Assembly: GCA_037446635.1 (NCBI GenBank) | Contig: JBBIIG010000009.1 | Location: forward strand, 82,306-96,940 | Direction of reading: 5' to 3' | From: a bacterium | GTDB taxonomy: Bacteria; Zhuqueibacterota; Zhuqueibacteria; Oceanimicrobiales; Oceanimicrobiaceae | DNA: 14,635 nucleotides | Shown: positions 1-6,959 of the stretch, in pieces | How positions within the stretch are numbered: position 1 is the stretch's first letter | How the letters are laid out: each line of letters begins with the position of its first letter | The notes under the pieces: generated by a model | What the model saw: only the letters and a program-made list of their open reading frames with translations | Told to the model about the DNA's origin: nothing | Databases searched by the model: none | Made by a program: the position numbers and the translations under genes

Positions 1-2
1 GC

Positions 3-1091
3 TCGGGCGAGATGTTTTCTTCCCGAACCTCATTGTTGGAAGCCGCTCAGCAGCTCGACGCGCGCCCACAAAAAGTCTTCGACTTTCTCAAAGAAAACGG
101 CGCGAGTTTAGCGCGCGATATCCTCAGCGGCTGCGGACTCTCGGCCCTCGAAACGCGCAACGCTCTCGCCGTCCTCGCCAAAACCGGACTCGTGAGCTGC
201 GAGCAGTACGGAATATTTTTATCGGTAATCCAATCGGAAGCAGCGCCTTCAAAAATCGTCGAAGAAGAAAGTTGGCTGCCGGGGCCACTACCGAGTTGGG
301 CGCAGCGCGGCCGGCGACAGCGACACGCCCGCCTGCCAAAGCGAAGCGGCGGGCAGGAAATTCGCGCGCAGGTTTCCGCAGAAATTCAGATCAGCGACAG
401 CCGCTGGTTCCTCATTCCCTCGTTCGCCGTAATGGGAAAAGAAATTAGCGCCGCGGAACGCGCCGAACGGCAAGCGCGATTGCTGTTGGCGCGCTACGGT
501 ATTCTCGTCAAAGAATGGCACCGCCGAGAACAGGGGTTTCTGCCGTGGTACGAGATCTTTCAAGTTTTGAAAAAATTGGAGTGGCAGGGCGAAGTACGGC
601 GCGGCTATTTCATCGCCGGACTTTCGGGCGTGCAGTTTGCGCTGCCGGCGGCGGTGGAATTATTAGAGAAGCTGCAATTGGAATCATCTTCGCCGTTGTC
701 GCCGCTGCTGATTAGCACCGCTGACCCGGCGCTGCCCTTTGGCGGCGCGGTGGACTGGGACCTCAGCAATTCTAAAGGAAACAAAATTACGGTGACACGG
801 GCGGCGTCCAATCATTTGATCTTTATTGACGGTCAACCGGTTTTTTACAGCGAGAATTTTGCAGTTCGCTTGTGGAGACTCGCGTACATTCCGGAAGCTT
901 CGCTGGACGCGACCATTCAACTTTTCAAGAGCTGGCTGCAACTGCCCGCGCCCTTGCGTCCGCGCCGGCGCATTGAGATTGCGCAAATCCACGAACAGCC
1001 GGCGGCCGAGTGTAAACTGGCTGAAGCGTTTCTCCGCAACGGCTTCGAGCGCGACGGTGAAAAGCTCGTGCTGTGGCCTTCGGGGGTGTGA
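3..1091 (+). CDS. lhr: Lhr-family ATP-dependent helicase, C-terminal region (5'-truncated by window)
   Basis: The frame is open from the window edge. It carries motifs typical of the Lhr C-terminus: LLARYGIL..E...RE, LKKLEWQGEVRRGYFIAGLSGVQFALPAAVELL, STADPALPFG. Confidence 0.8.
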   Translation, partial: SGEMFSSRTSLLEAAQQLDARPQKVFDFLKENGASLARDILSGCGLSALETRNALAVLAKTGLVSCEQYGIFLSVIQSEAAPSKIVEEESWLPGPLPSWAQRGRRQRHARLPKRSGGQEIRAQVSAEIQISDSRWFLIPSFAVMGKEISAAERAERQARLLLARYGILVKEWHRREQGFLPWYEIFQVLKKLEWQGEVRRGYFIAGLSGVQFALPAAVELLEKLQLESSSPLSPLLISTADPALPFGGAVDWDLSNSKGNKITVTRAASNHLIFIDGQPVFYSENFAVRLWRLAYIPEASLDATIQLFKSWLQLPAPLRPRRRIEIAQIHEQPAAECKLAEAFLRNGFERDGEKLVLWPSGV

Positions 1092-1101
1092 GTTGTACAA
1101 A

Positions 1102-1134
1102 AAGTGTCACGCATTTTGGAAATGCGTGGCACTT
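1102..1134. repeat. Intergenic palindrome (REP-like or bidirectional terminator) between convergent genes
   Basis: AAGTGTCACGCATTT-TGG-AAATGCGTGGCACTT forms a 15-bp stem with one G.T pair. Confidence 0.7.
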
Positions 1135-1199
1135 AATACGCAGCGACTTTGAACGCGACGGCGAAAACTTGGCGCCGGTGGACTCTCGGGGCGAGTTTA

Positions 1200-2096
1200 T
1201 TATTTCCTCAGCACGTGCCGCAGCGCCGCCTCCAACTGCGGAAAACGAAAGGAGTAGCCCGACGCCTTTAGTTTCTGCGGCTCCAGGCGTGCGCTGCTTA
1301 AGAGCAACTCATCGGCCATTTCACCCAGCGCCAGCCGGGCCACCGCGGCCGGCATGGGGAAAATCGTCGGGCGCCTCAACACCCGGCCTAACGTTTTTGT
1401 GAACTCGCGATTGGTCACCGGATTTGGCGAGGCCACATTCACCGGACCGGACAAAGATTCGGTTTGAATGCAGTGATAAATCGCCCCCACTACGTCATCG
1501 ATGGCGATCCAACTCCAGTATTGTTTGCCGCTGCCGAACACGCCGCCCACACCCATTTTGAACGGCAGCAGCATCTCTTTCAATGCGCCGCCTTTGGCGC
1601 TGAGAACAATGCTGTTGCGCAGGTGCACCACGCGGATGCCTTTCTTTGTAGCGCCCTCTGTTTCCTTCTCCCACTCCTGAACCAAGCCTGCCAGAAACCC
1701 TTGGCCGGGAAGGCTTTCCTCAGTAAGAATTTCCTCGCCGCGGTCGCCGAAGTAACCCATTGCCGAGGCGCACACCAACACTTTGGGCGGCTGCGGCAGT
1801 TCGGCCAAAGTCTGGCTCAGCAAGCGGGTGCTTAAAATGCGGCTGTCGCGCAGCTTCTTTTTCTTTTCATCGGTCCAGCGGCCAGCGATGTTTTCGCCGC
1901 TGAGATGCACGACGGCGTCGACGCCCTCCAGACAAGCTTTGTTGAGACTGCCGGAATAGGGATCCCAAAAATATTCATCGTTGTTAAAATTCATGTGCCC
2001 GCGCACGAGGCGCCGCACCTCGTGGCCGGCGGTGGTCAGAAACGGCGCGAGTGCGGAACCAATCAGACCGCTGGCGCCGGTTACCAGAATTTTCAT
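1200..2096 (-). CDS. TIGR01777 family NAD-dependent epimerase/oxidoreductase (YfcH/SDR39U1-like)
   Basis: N-terminal MKILVTGASGLIG Rossmann motif, HLSGENIAGRWT, GSGKQYWSWIAIDD, GPVNVASPNPVTNREFTKTLG and C-terminal GYSFRFPQLEAALR. RBS AAGGAGG lies upstream. Confidence 0.93.
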   Translation of the reverse strand: MKILVTGASGLIGSALAPFLTTAGHEVRRLVRGHMNFNNDEYFWDPYSGSLNKACLEGVDAVVHLSGENIAGRWTDEKKKKLRDSRILSTRLLSQTLAELPQPPKVLVCASAMGYFGDRGEEILTEESLPGQGFLAGLVQEWEKETEGATKKGIRVVHLRNSIVLSAKGGALKEMLLPFKMGVGGVFGSGKQYWSWIAIDDVVGAIYHCIQTESLSGPVNVASPNPVTNREFTKTLGRVLRRPTIFPMPAAVARLALGEMADELLLSSARLEPQKLKASGYSFRFPQLEAALRHVLRK

Positions 2097-2246
2097 CGCC
2101 TTCCCTCCTTATAAAATTGCTGTGCCGCAATTGACTTCGTGAAAATTTTAGCTTAAATATAGGTTGTGGATGAGTCAAAATCAAGGAGACCAGACTCAAC
2201 AGCCGCAGAGAGTTAAGCGCATGGCATTGATTTCACTTTAAAAAAT

Positions 2247-2978
2247 ATGAAAACGCAATTTCTGATCGGCACCTCCGGCTGGAGCTATCCCCACTGGGTC
2301 GGCCGCTTCTACCCCGAAGACTGGCCCAAAAGCAAATGGTTTGAATTTTACGTCCAAAAATTTCCGGCCGTGGAGGTGAATGCCACGTTCTATCGCACCT
2401 TCAAAGAGCAAACCTACCGCAACTGGCGGGCGAAAGTGCCGGCCGGATTTCTTTACGTGCTCAAGGCGCCGCGTCTGATCACCCACCGCAAATACTTACA
2501 AGAGGTGGAAAACGAATGCCGGAGTTTTTGGAACGCCGCGGCGCTGCTGGAAGACCGCCTCGGCTTGATTTTGCTGCAACTGGCCCCCAACACGCCGTAC
2601 GAGCCGAATCGTCTGCGCAAGGCGCTGCTCGCCTTCGATGACCCGAAAAAAATTGCGGTGGAATTTCGTCACCCGCGCTGGTTCACCGAGGAGACGAAAT
2701 GGCTGCTCAAAGAATTGGGCGCCGTGTTTTGCACGGCAGACTCTCCCAAAACCCGGTTGATGGATTGGGTGACGTCGGAGACGGCGTACATTCGGCTGCA
2801 CGGACGCACGCGCTGGTTTGCGTATGATTATTCCGAACGCGAACTACAGGAGATCGCTAACCTGGCAAGAATGATGGCCGCGGCCGGCGCCGAACGGGTC
2901 TTCATTTTTTTCAACAATGACGTCGATGGCAGCGCGCCGCGCAACGCGTTGACGCTGTCAGGTTTACTAAACCTCTAA
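2247..2978 (+). CDS. DUF72 domain-containing protein (YecE family)
   Basis: Motifs IGTSGWSYPHWVGRFYP, VEVNATFYR, LKAPRLITH, VEFRHPRW, YIRLHGR and FIFFNND. Confidence 0.93.
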   Translation: MKTQFLIGTSGWSYPHWVGRFYPEDWPKSKWFEFYVQKFPAVEVNATFYRTFKEQTYRNWRAKVPAGFLYVLKAPRLITHRKYLQEVENECRSFWNAAALLEDRLGLILLQLAPNTPYEPNRLRKALLAFDDPKKIAVEFRHPRWFTEETKWLLKELGAVFCTADSPKTRLMDWVTSETAYIRLHGRTRWFAYDYSERELQEIANLARMMAAAGAERVFIFFNNDVDGSAPRNALTLSGLLNL

Positions 2979-2993
2979 AGTTTAGTAAACCTG
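2959..2993. repeat. 14-bp inverted repeat overlapping the DUF72 stop codon
   Basis: CAGGTTTACTAAAC-ctctaaa-GTTTAGTAAACCTG; the TAA stop (2976-2978) lies in the loop. Confidence 0.75.
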
Positions 2994-3012
2994 CTCTTGA
3001 TTGGAGGTGAAA

Positions 3013-3321
3013 ATGAAAATTCATGTCAGCAATTTGGCCGCCGATGTAACCGCCGAAGATTTGCGGCAAGCGTTTGCCGCGTTCGGCGAAGTGGTCGAGG
3101 TGACGCTGGAAATTTCCGGCGGCAAATTCAAAGGCTCGGCAATTGTGGAGATGGCGGAGGAGGTTGCGGCGCAGCGCGCGATGGCCTTGTTGAAGGGGAG
3201 AAATTTGAAAGGCCGGCCGCTTAAAATTTCTGGCAAAAGCGCGGCGGCAGGTGGAGCTGGCGGTCCGCGGCGGCACGCCGGCGATCGCAAAGGCGGGGCG
3301 CGCGGCGGGAGACGATCTTAG
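3013..3321 (+). CDS. Single-RRM RNA-binding protein with Gly/Arg-rich tail
   Basis: MKIHVSNLAADVTAEDLRQAFAAFGEV...KGSAIVEM...LKGRPLKI matches the bacterial RRM (RbpA-type) pattern. RBS GGAGGTG at 3003-3009 supports ATG 3013 rather than TTG 3001. Confidence 0.88.
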   Translation: MKIHVSNLAADVTAEDLRQAFAAFGEVVEVTLEISGGKFKGSAIVEMAEEVAAQRAMALLKGRNLKGRPLKISGKSAAAGGAGGPRRHAGDRKGGARGGRRS

Positions 3322-3347
3322 CGCTTGTATTTTGACACTATTTTCGT

Positions 3348-3375
3348 AAATTTGGTCAATTAACTGACCAAATTT
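3348..3375. repeat. 28-bp near-perfect palindrome between convergent genes
   Basis: AAATTTGGTCAaTTAAcTGACCAAATTT, with one mismatched pair. Confidence 0.7.
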
Positions 3376-3475
3376 TGGAGAATTTGGTGTAAAGCGCCCA
3401 AAGACTGGAAAACCGCTTATCCTGAAGCGACATACAGTGTCATACCTCAAGAGAATTATTTGCAATTCATTGCAT

Positions 3476-3514
3476 AAACAAAAAAGGCCGGAACGCTCCG
3501 GCCTTTCATTTTTT
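3476..3514 (-). terminator. Intrinsic terminator, probably bidirectional
   Basis: AAAGGCCGGA-acgc-TCCGGCCTTT stem with an A-run on the left (U-tract on the minus strand) and a T-rich tract on the right, just past the stop at 3523. Confidence 0.8.
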
Positions 3515-3522
3515 GATGATGA

Positions 3523-4077
3523 CTAATTTTTGTCGGTCGTCATCTCTTTTTTGCGGGTCATCTCCGATTTGGCGTGCATCATGTTGCCATCGGGGCCCGT
3601 CCAGCTAACGGTTTCCGTGAATTTGTCCTCGCTAACCTTTTCCAGGATGCGGGTCATCTTGCCGTTCTGATCCTCCCACTCCATGGTCACCACGTTGCCC
3701 TCGCGCTTGCCTACGCCTTTCGACATGGTGCGCATGTTGTCGATCCAGTAACCCAAAACTTCGCCGCTGGGGCTCAAGGTGATGGCGCCCATGCCGTGGT
3801 AGTCGCCGCCCTCCCATTTGCTGGTGTAATCCATCATCAAAAACTGGCCGTCGAGTCCCATCCAGCATTTTTGCCAATCGGTAGATTTACCCATGGGCGA
3901 CTCGGTCCAGCCTTCCCACTCGCCAACCATCCAGTTCATGAGATCATCGTTGAGGGCGGGCGGCGGCGCCATCGCAACCATTTCGGCGTCTGGTTTTTTT
4001 GCCTCCTGTTCCTGCGCCAACAAAGGCAGCGCCAGACAGAAGAGCACCAAAGTGAAAATAGTAAATCGCTTCATCAT
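3523..4077 (-). CDS. Secreted DUF1579-like beta-barrel protein
   Basis: Sec signal peptide (MMKRFTIFTLVLFCLALPLLAQ) and motifs WMVGEWEG, LDGQFLMMDY, YHGMG, GYWIDNM. RBS AAGGAGG. Confidence 0.7.
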   Translation of the reverse strand: MMKRFTIFTLVLFCLALPLLAQEQEAKKPDAEMVAMAPPPALNDDLMNWMVGEWEGWTESPMGKSTDWQKCWMGLDGQFLMMDYTSKWEGGDYHGMGAITLSPSGEVLGYWIDNMRTMSKGVGKREGNVVTMEWEDQNGKMTRILEKVSEDKFTETVSWTGPDGNMMHAKSEMTRKKEMTTDKN

Positions 4078-4142
4078 AAACCTCCTTTGTTAAAGTTTAA
4101 TCATATCGCTGCTTGATTTTAAAGTTTTTGAATAATCCAGAT

Positions 4143-4898
4143 TTATTTCTTTCCCACCGTTCGCTGCAAATATTCTCGAATCGTGTTTTGAATGTTTTCT
4201 GAAGCCCAGATTTTTTGCGCGGCCGGATCGTTGGTTTTGCCGTAGCGCTCGCTGCGCTCGATGGCCGGCTGGCGCAGCAAGAGCTTGGTCAGCCGAAACG
4301 ATTCCGCGGGGATGGCAGCGAAGCGCTCGGCGACGGCCAACGCCCGCTCCAGCAGCTCCTCCGCTTTGACGACTTCATCGACAATGCCGCGATCTTTGGC
4401 CTCCGCCGGCAAGTACGCGGCGCCGGTGTAAATCACTTCCTGAAAATAACGGGGATCAACGGCGAAGCGAACGATTTCCAGCGGCAGCGCCGGAAACGGC
4501 ACGCCCACTTGCAGCTCCGCCACGCCGATGCGTCCGTCGCCCGCCGCCATGAGGCGATGATCGCAGGCGCACGCCAAAATGCAGCCGCCGGCGATGGCGT
4601 GCCCGTTGACCGCCGCCACCACCGGCTTCGGAAAGATAAACAGTTTCAGCAGCGCGGCGCTGAGCAACGGAATGAATTTTTCAAGGTAGCTGGCCCCGCC
4701 ATCCAGCACTTTGAACAAATCCACGCCGGCGGAAAAGCTGGCGCCGGCGCCGGTGAGCACCAGCGCACGGGACGGCGATTTCTCCAGTTCGTCTAATTTT
4801 GAAATCAGCGCCGCCAGCATCTCATCATCAAGGAGATTGACTTTGCCGTATTGCAATCGCACGGTAGCAATGTCGCCGCGAGTTTCGGTGTGGATCAT
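4143..4898 (-). CDS. Enoyl-CoA hydratase/isomerase (crotonase) family protein
   Basis: Motifs FSAGVDL, PKPVVAAVNGHAIAGGCILACACDHR and IGVAELQVGVP. The ATG directly abuts the upstream gene's TAA. Confidence 0.93.
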   Translation of the reverse strand: MIHTETRGDIATVRLQYGKVNLLDDEMLAALISKLDELEKSPSRALVLTGAGASFSAGVDLFKVLDGGASYLEKFIPLLSAALLKLFIFPKPVVAAVNGHAIAGGCILACACDHRLMAAGDGRIGVAELQVGVPFPALPLEIVRFAVDPRYFQEVIYTGAAYLPAEAKDRGIVDEVVKAEELLERALAVAERFAAIPAESFRLTKLLLRQPAIERSERYGKTNDPAAQKIWASENIQNTIREYLQRTVGKK

Positions 4899-5909
4899 TT
4901 ATCTTGCCGAGTCTATTTTTGTTTTTTGAAAATTAGCTACTTGTCCGTCAAGAGTCAATAAATAAGCGGATAGATCCTGAAGATCGTTTTCAGTCAACAG
5001 ATCAAGGTAGTTGCCCGGCATCGTGGAGGCGCGCTGCAAAATTGTGGCGGCAATCTGATCTTTGCGCATAGAAATTTTGTTGGAATTCTTATCGATTAAC
5101 AAAATCTCGGCCGTGGTTTCGCCGGTGATCACACCAATGAAAAAACGATCGTCCTTGGTTTTAATCAGCGTCTCTTCGTAACCGCTCACCACGTTGGAAT
5201 CGGGCTTGATGATTTTCTGGTAAATATGCTCGGGCGTGCGATAAGCTGCGACAGCCGTCAAATCCGGCCCGAGCGTGCCGCCCTCCGGCTCCACGTTCGC
5301 GTTGATACCAACGTGGCAACTGGCGCAGCCCGCGCCGCTGGCCGCATCAAAAAACAACGCGCGCCCGGCCTCCGCGTCGCCGGAAATTTTGGTGGCAAAA
5401 TCGCTGGTTGGTTTATTTGAAAACAATTCCGGCGGCAGCGGCACCGCGCCGATATCCGGAAAACCGCCCAGGCTCTGTAAATATAAAACCACCGCCTTTA
5501 GTTCCGCGGGCGACAGTGCGATGGGCGGCTCGTGAATTTTCGGCATTTCGTTTTTAAAATTTGGGACGACGAACGCCCCAGGCTCAATTAAGCTTTGAAC
5601 CAAATACTCCGCGCCGCTGGCGAGCTGAAGTTGGCGGGCGCGGTCATCCGCGCGGGCGCCGATGATGTTGCCGTCCTGGCTTTCGCCCAAATTAGGTCCG
5701 CGCTGGGCGTAGCCGCGTTCGCCGATGCGATGGCAAAGGTGGCAGCGGCCGCGCCCCCAAAAAATCGCCTCACCGCTGGCAATGGTAATAGCTGCGCTGC
5801 TTGACTCGATGTCTGCCGCCATTTTGGGCAGCGAACGGATCCATTCATAAATAAATAGAATCAGAAACATTATGAAGAAGAAGACGATCGAATGCCGGGG
5901 CTTAATCAT
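4899..5909 (-). CDS. Membrane-anchored diheme cytochrome c
   Basis: N-terminal TM helix. CHLCH and CASCH heme motifs are each followed by GPxL and a distal MP (Met ligand). The second domain resembles the planctomycete-type putative heme-binding domain. The start is uncertain: 5909 or 5936, since 5981 falls inside a terminator. Confidence 0.85.
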   Translation of the reverse strand: MIKPRHSIVFFFIMFLILFIYEWIRSLPKMAADIESSSAAITIASGEAIFWGRGRCHLCHRIGERGYAQRGPNLGESQDGNIIGARADDRARQLQLASGAEYLVQSLIEPGAFVVPNFKNEMPKIHEPPIALSPAELKAVVLYLQSLGGFPDIGAVPLPPELFSNKPTSDFATKISGDAEAGRALFFDAASGAGCASCHVGINANVEPEGGTLGPDLTAVAAYRTPEHIYQKIIKPDSNVVSGYEETLIKTKDDRFFIGVITGETTAEILLIDKNSNKISMRKDQIAATILQRASTMPGNYLDLLTENDLQDLSAYLLTLDGQVANFQKTKIDSAR

Positions 5910-5950
5910 CGCACAGCTCAATATAGGCTTCTTCATTAAAAATGCAAGCA

Positions 5951-5997
5951 ATAAAAAATCCGAGTGTGCCCGAGAAAACACACCCGGATTTTTTTAT
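5951..5997 (-). terminator. Intrinsic terminator ending the cytochrome b6 operon
   Basis: The minus strand reads AAAAAAUCCGGGUGUG-10 nt loop-CACACUCGGAUUUUUUAU (one G.U pair), about 20 nt after the stop at 6017. Confidence 0.75.
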
Positions 5998-6016
5998 AAT
6001 CATCTAAGCGTTAAAA

Positions 6017-6841
6017 TCACCGCGAGGCAAATCGCGCCGGCTGATCCACGCTGGCGCTGCCCATGGGGAATTGGAAGCTGGCGTCGGCGGCCGCGCCCTC
6101 GGTGACCGTTACTTCAGCGGTTTGTTTGCCGAGGGTTTCCTGCCAGTACTGCACGGTGTAGGTACCCGGCGGCACGTTGGTCATTTCAAAGTTGCCGTTT
6201 TCATCGGTGACGGCGAAGTAGGGGTGATCCACCACCACGATGTAGGCGCCCATCCAGTTGTGGACGTCGCAGGCCACGCGGATGACTTCCGGGTGATCGA
6301 ATTTCTGCGCCATGCGTTTTTTGAAACCCGGCTGCGCCACGTTAATGGGCGGATTTTTTTCGCTATAGGTGTGAATGTTGTGCAAGATACCGTCGCTGTT
6401 CAAAATCGTCAATTCCACGCTGGCAGGAACCAGCGTCACGTGCGGCTTAAAGGCGCAGCCGTTTTGATCCAACTCAAAAGAAGCTCCCAGCGCAGCGATG
6501 TCCTTGCCCGTCATGATATTGGTTAAACTCACCACGACGTTGGCGAGGCCTTTGTTGCTGCCCACGACCAGGTCTTCTTTAAAATGCGGCTGTTTTCCAC
6601 AGACTTCCGCATCTTTGGTGATTTCCAATTTTTGCTTGGCGGGAATTTCACCGGCATAGGTGATGGTGCCTTTAATCGAGCCGCCGCCGGGGACGTCCAT
6701 GGCAGTGTAGCCGCTCGCGGGCATTTGCTCGGCGGGTTTTTCCATTGCCGGCTGAGTTTCGGTCTCCGCCTTCTCTCCCCCGCCGCAGCCAAGCGCAAAC
6801 GCGGCGAATAACACGGTGGTCATCAAAAGGAATGGTTTCAT
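6017..6841 (-). CDS. Lipoprotein with cupredoxin-like domain and carboxypeptidase-regulatory-like (prealbumin-fold) domain
   Basis: Lipobox FALG|C. DQNGCAFKPHV, NSDGILHNIH and CDVHNWM give a His...Cys-x2-His-x2-Met set. Also PYFAVTDENGNFEMTNVPPGTYTV. RBS GGAGG. Confidence 0.8.
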   Translation of the reverse strand: MKPFLLMTTVLFAAFALGCGGGEKAETETQPAMEKPAEQMPASGYTAMDVPGGGSIKGTITYAGEIPAKQKLEITKDAEVCGKQPHFKEDLVVGSNKGLANVVVSLTNIMTGKDIAALGASFELDQNGCAFKPHVTLVPASVELTILNSDGILHNIHTYSEKNPPINVAQPGFKKRMAQKFDHPEVIRVACDVHNWMGAYIVVVDHPYFAVTDENGNFEMTNVPPGTYTVQYWQETLGKQTAEVTVTEGAAADASFQFPMGSASVDQPARFASR

Positions 6842-6892
6842 TTGCTTCCTCCAGTAAGTTATAAATTGAAATTAATAATAACGCTCCATCAA

Positions 6893-6957
6893 GTAACTCC
6901 AAGCCCGCTTTGAGGGCGCCTGCCTGCGCAGGCAGGCAAAGCTGAGCTTTGCGTTAC
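6893..6957. repeat. REP/REPIN-like element, copy 1, with central 20-bp palindrome
   Basis: GTAACTCCAAGCCCGCTTTGAG-GGC-GCCTGCCTGCGCAGGCAGGC-AAAGCTGAGCTTTGCGTTAC with GTAAC/GTTAC termini. A closely similar copy lies at 9641-9705. Confidence 0.85.
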
Positions 6958-6959
6958 GT

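Noticed and set aside
2131..2160. Promoter TTGACT...TAAATA for DUF72
   Set aside because: The -10 match is too weak to call.
5910..5981. Longer start of the diheme cytochrome at 5981
   Set aside because: It lies within the terminator hairpin and has no RBS.
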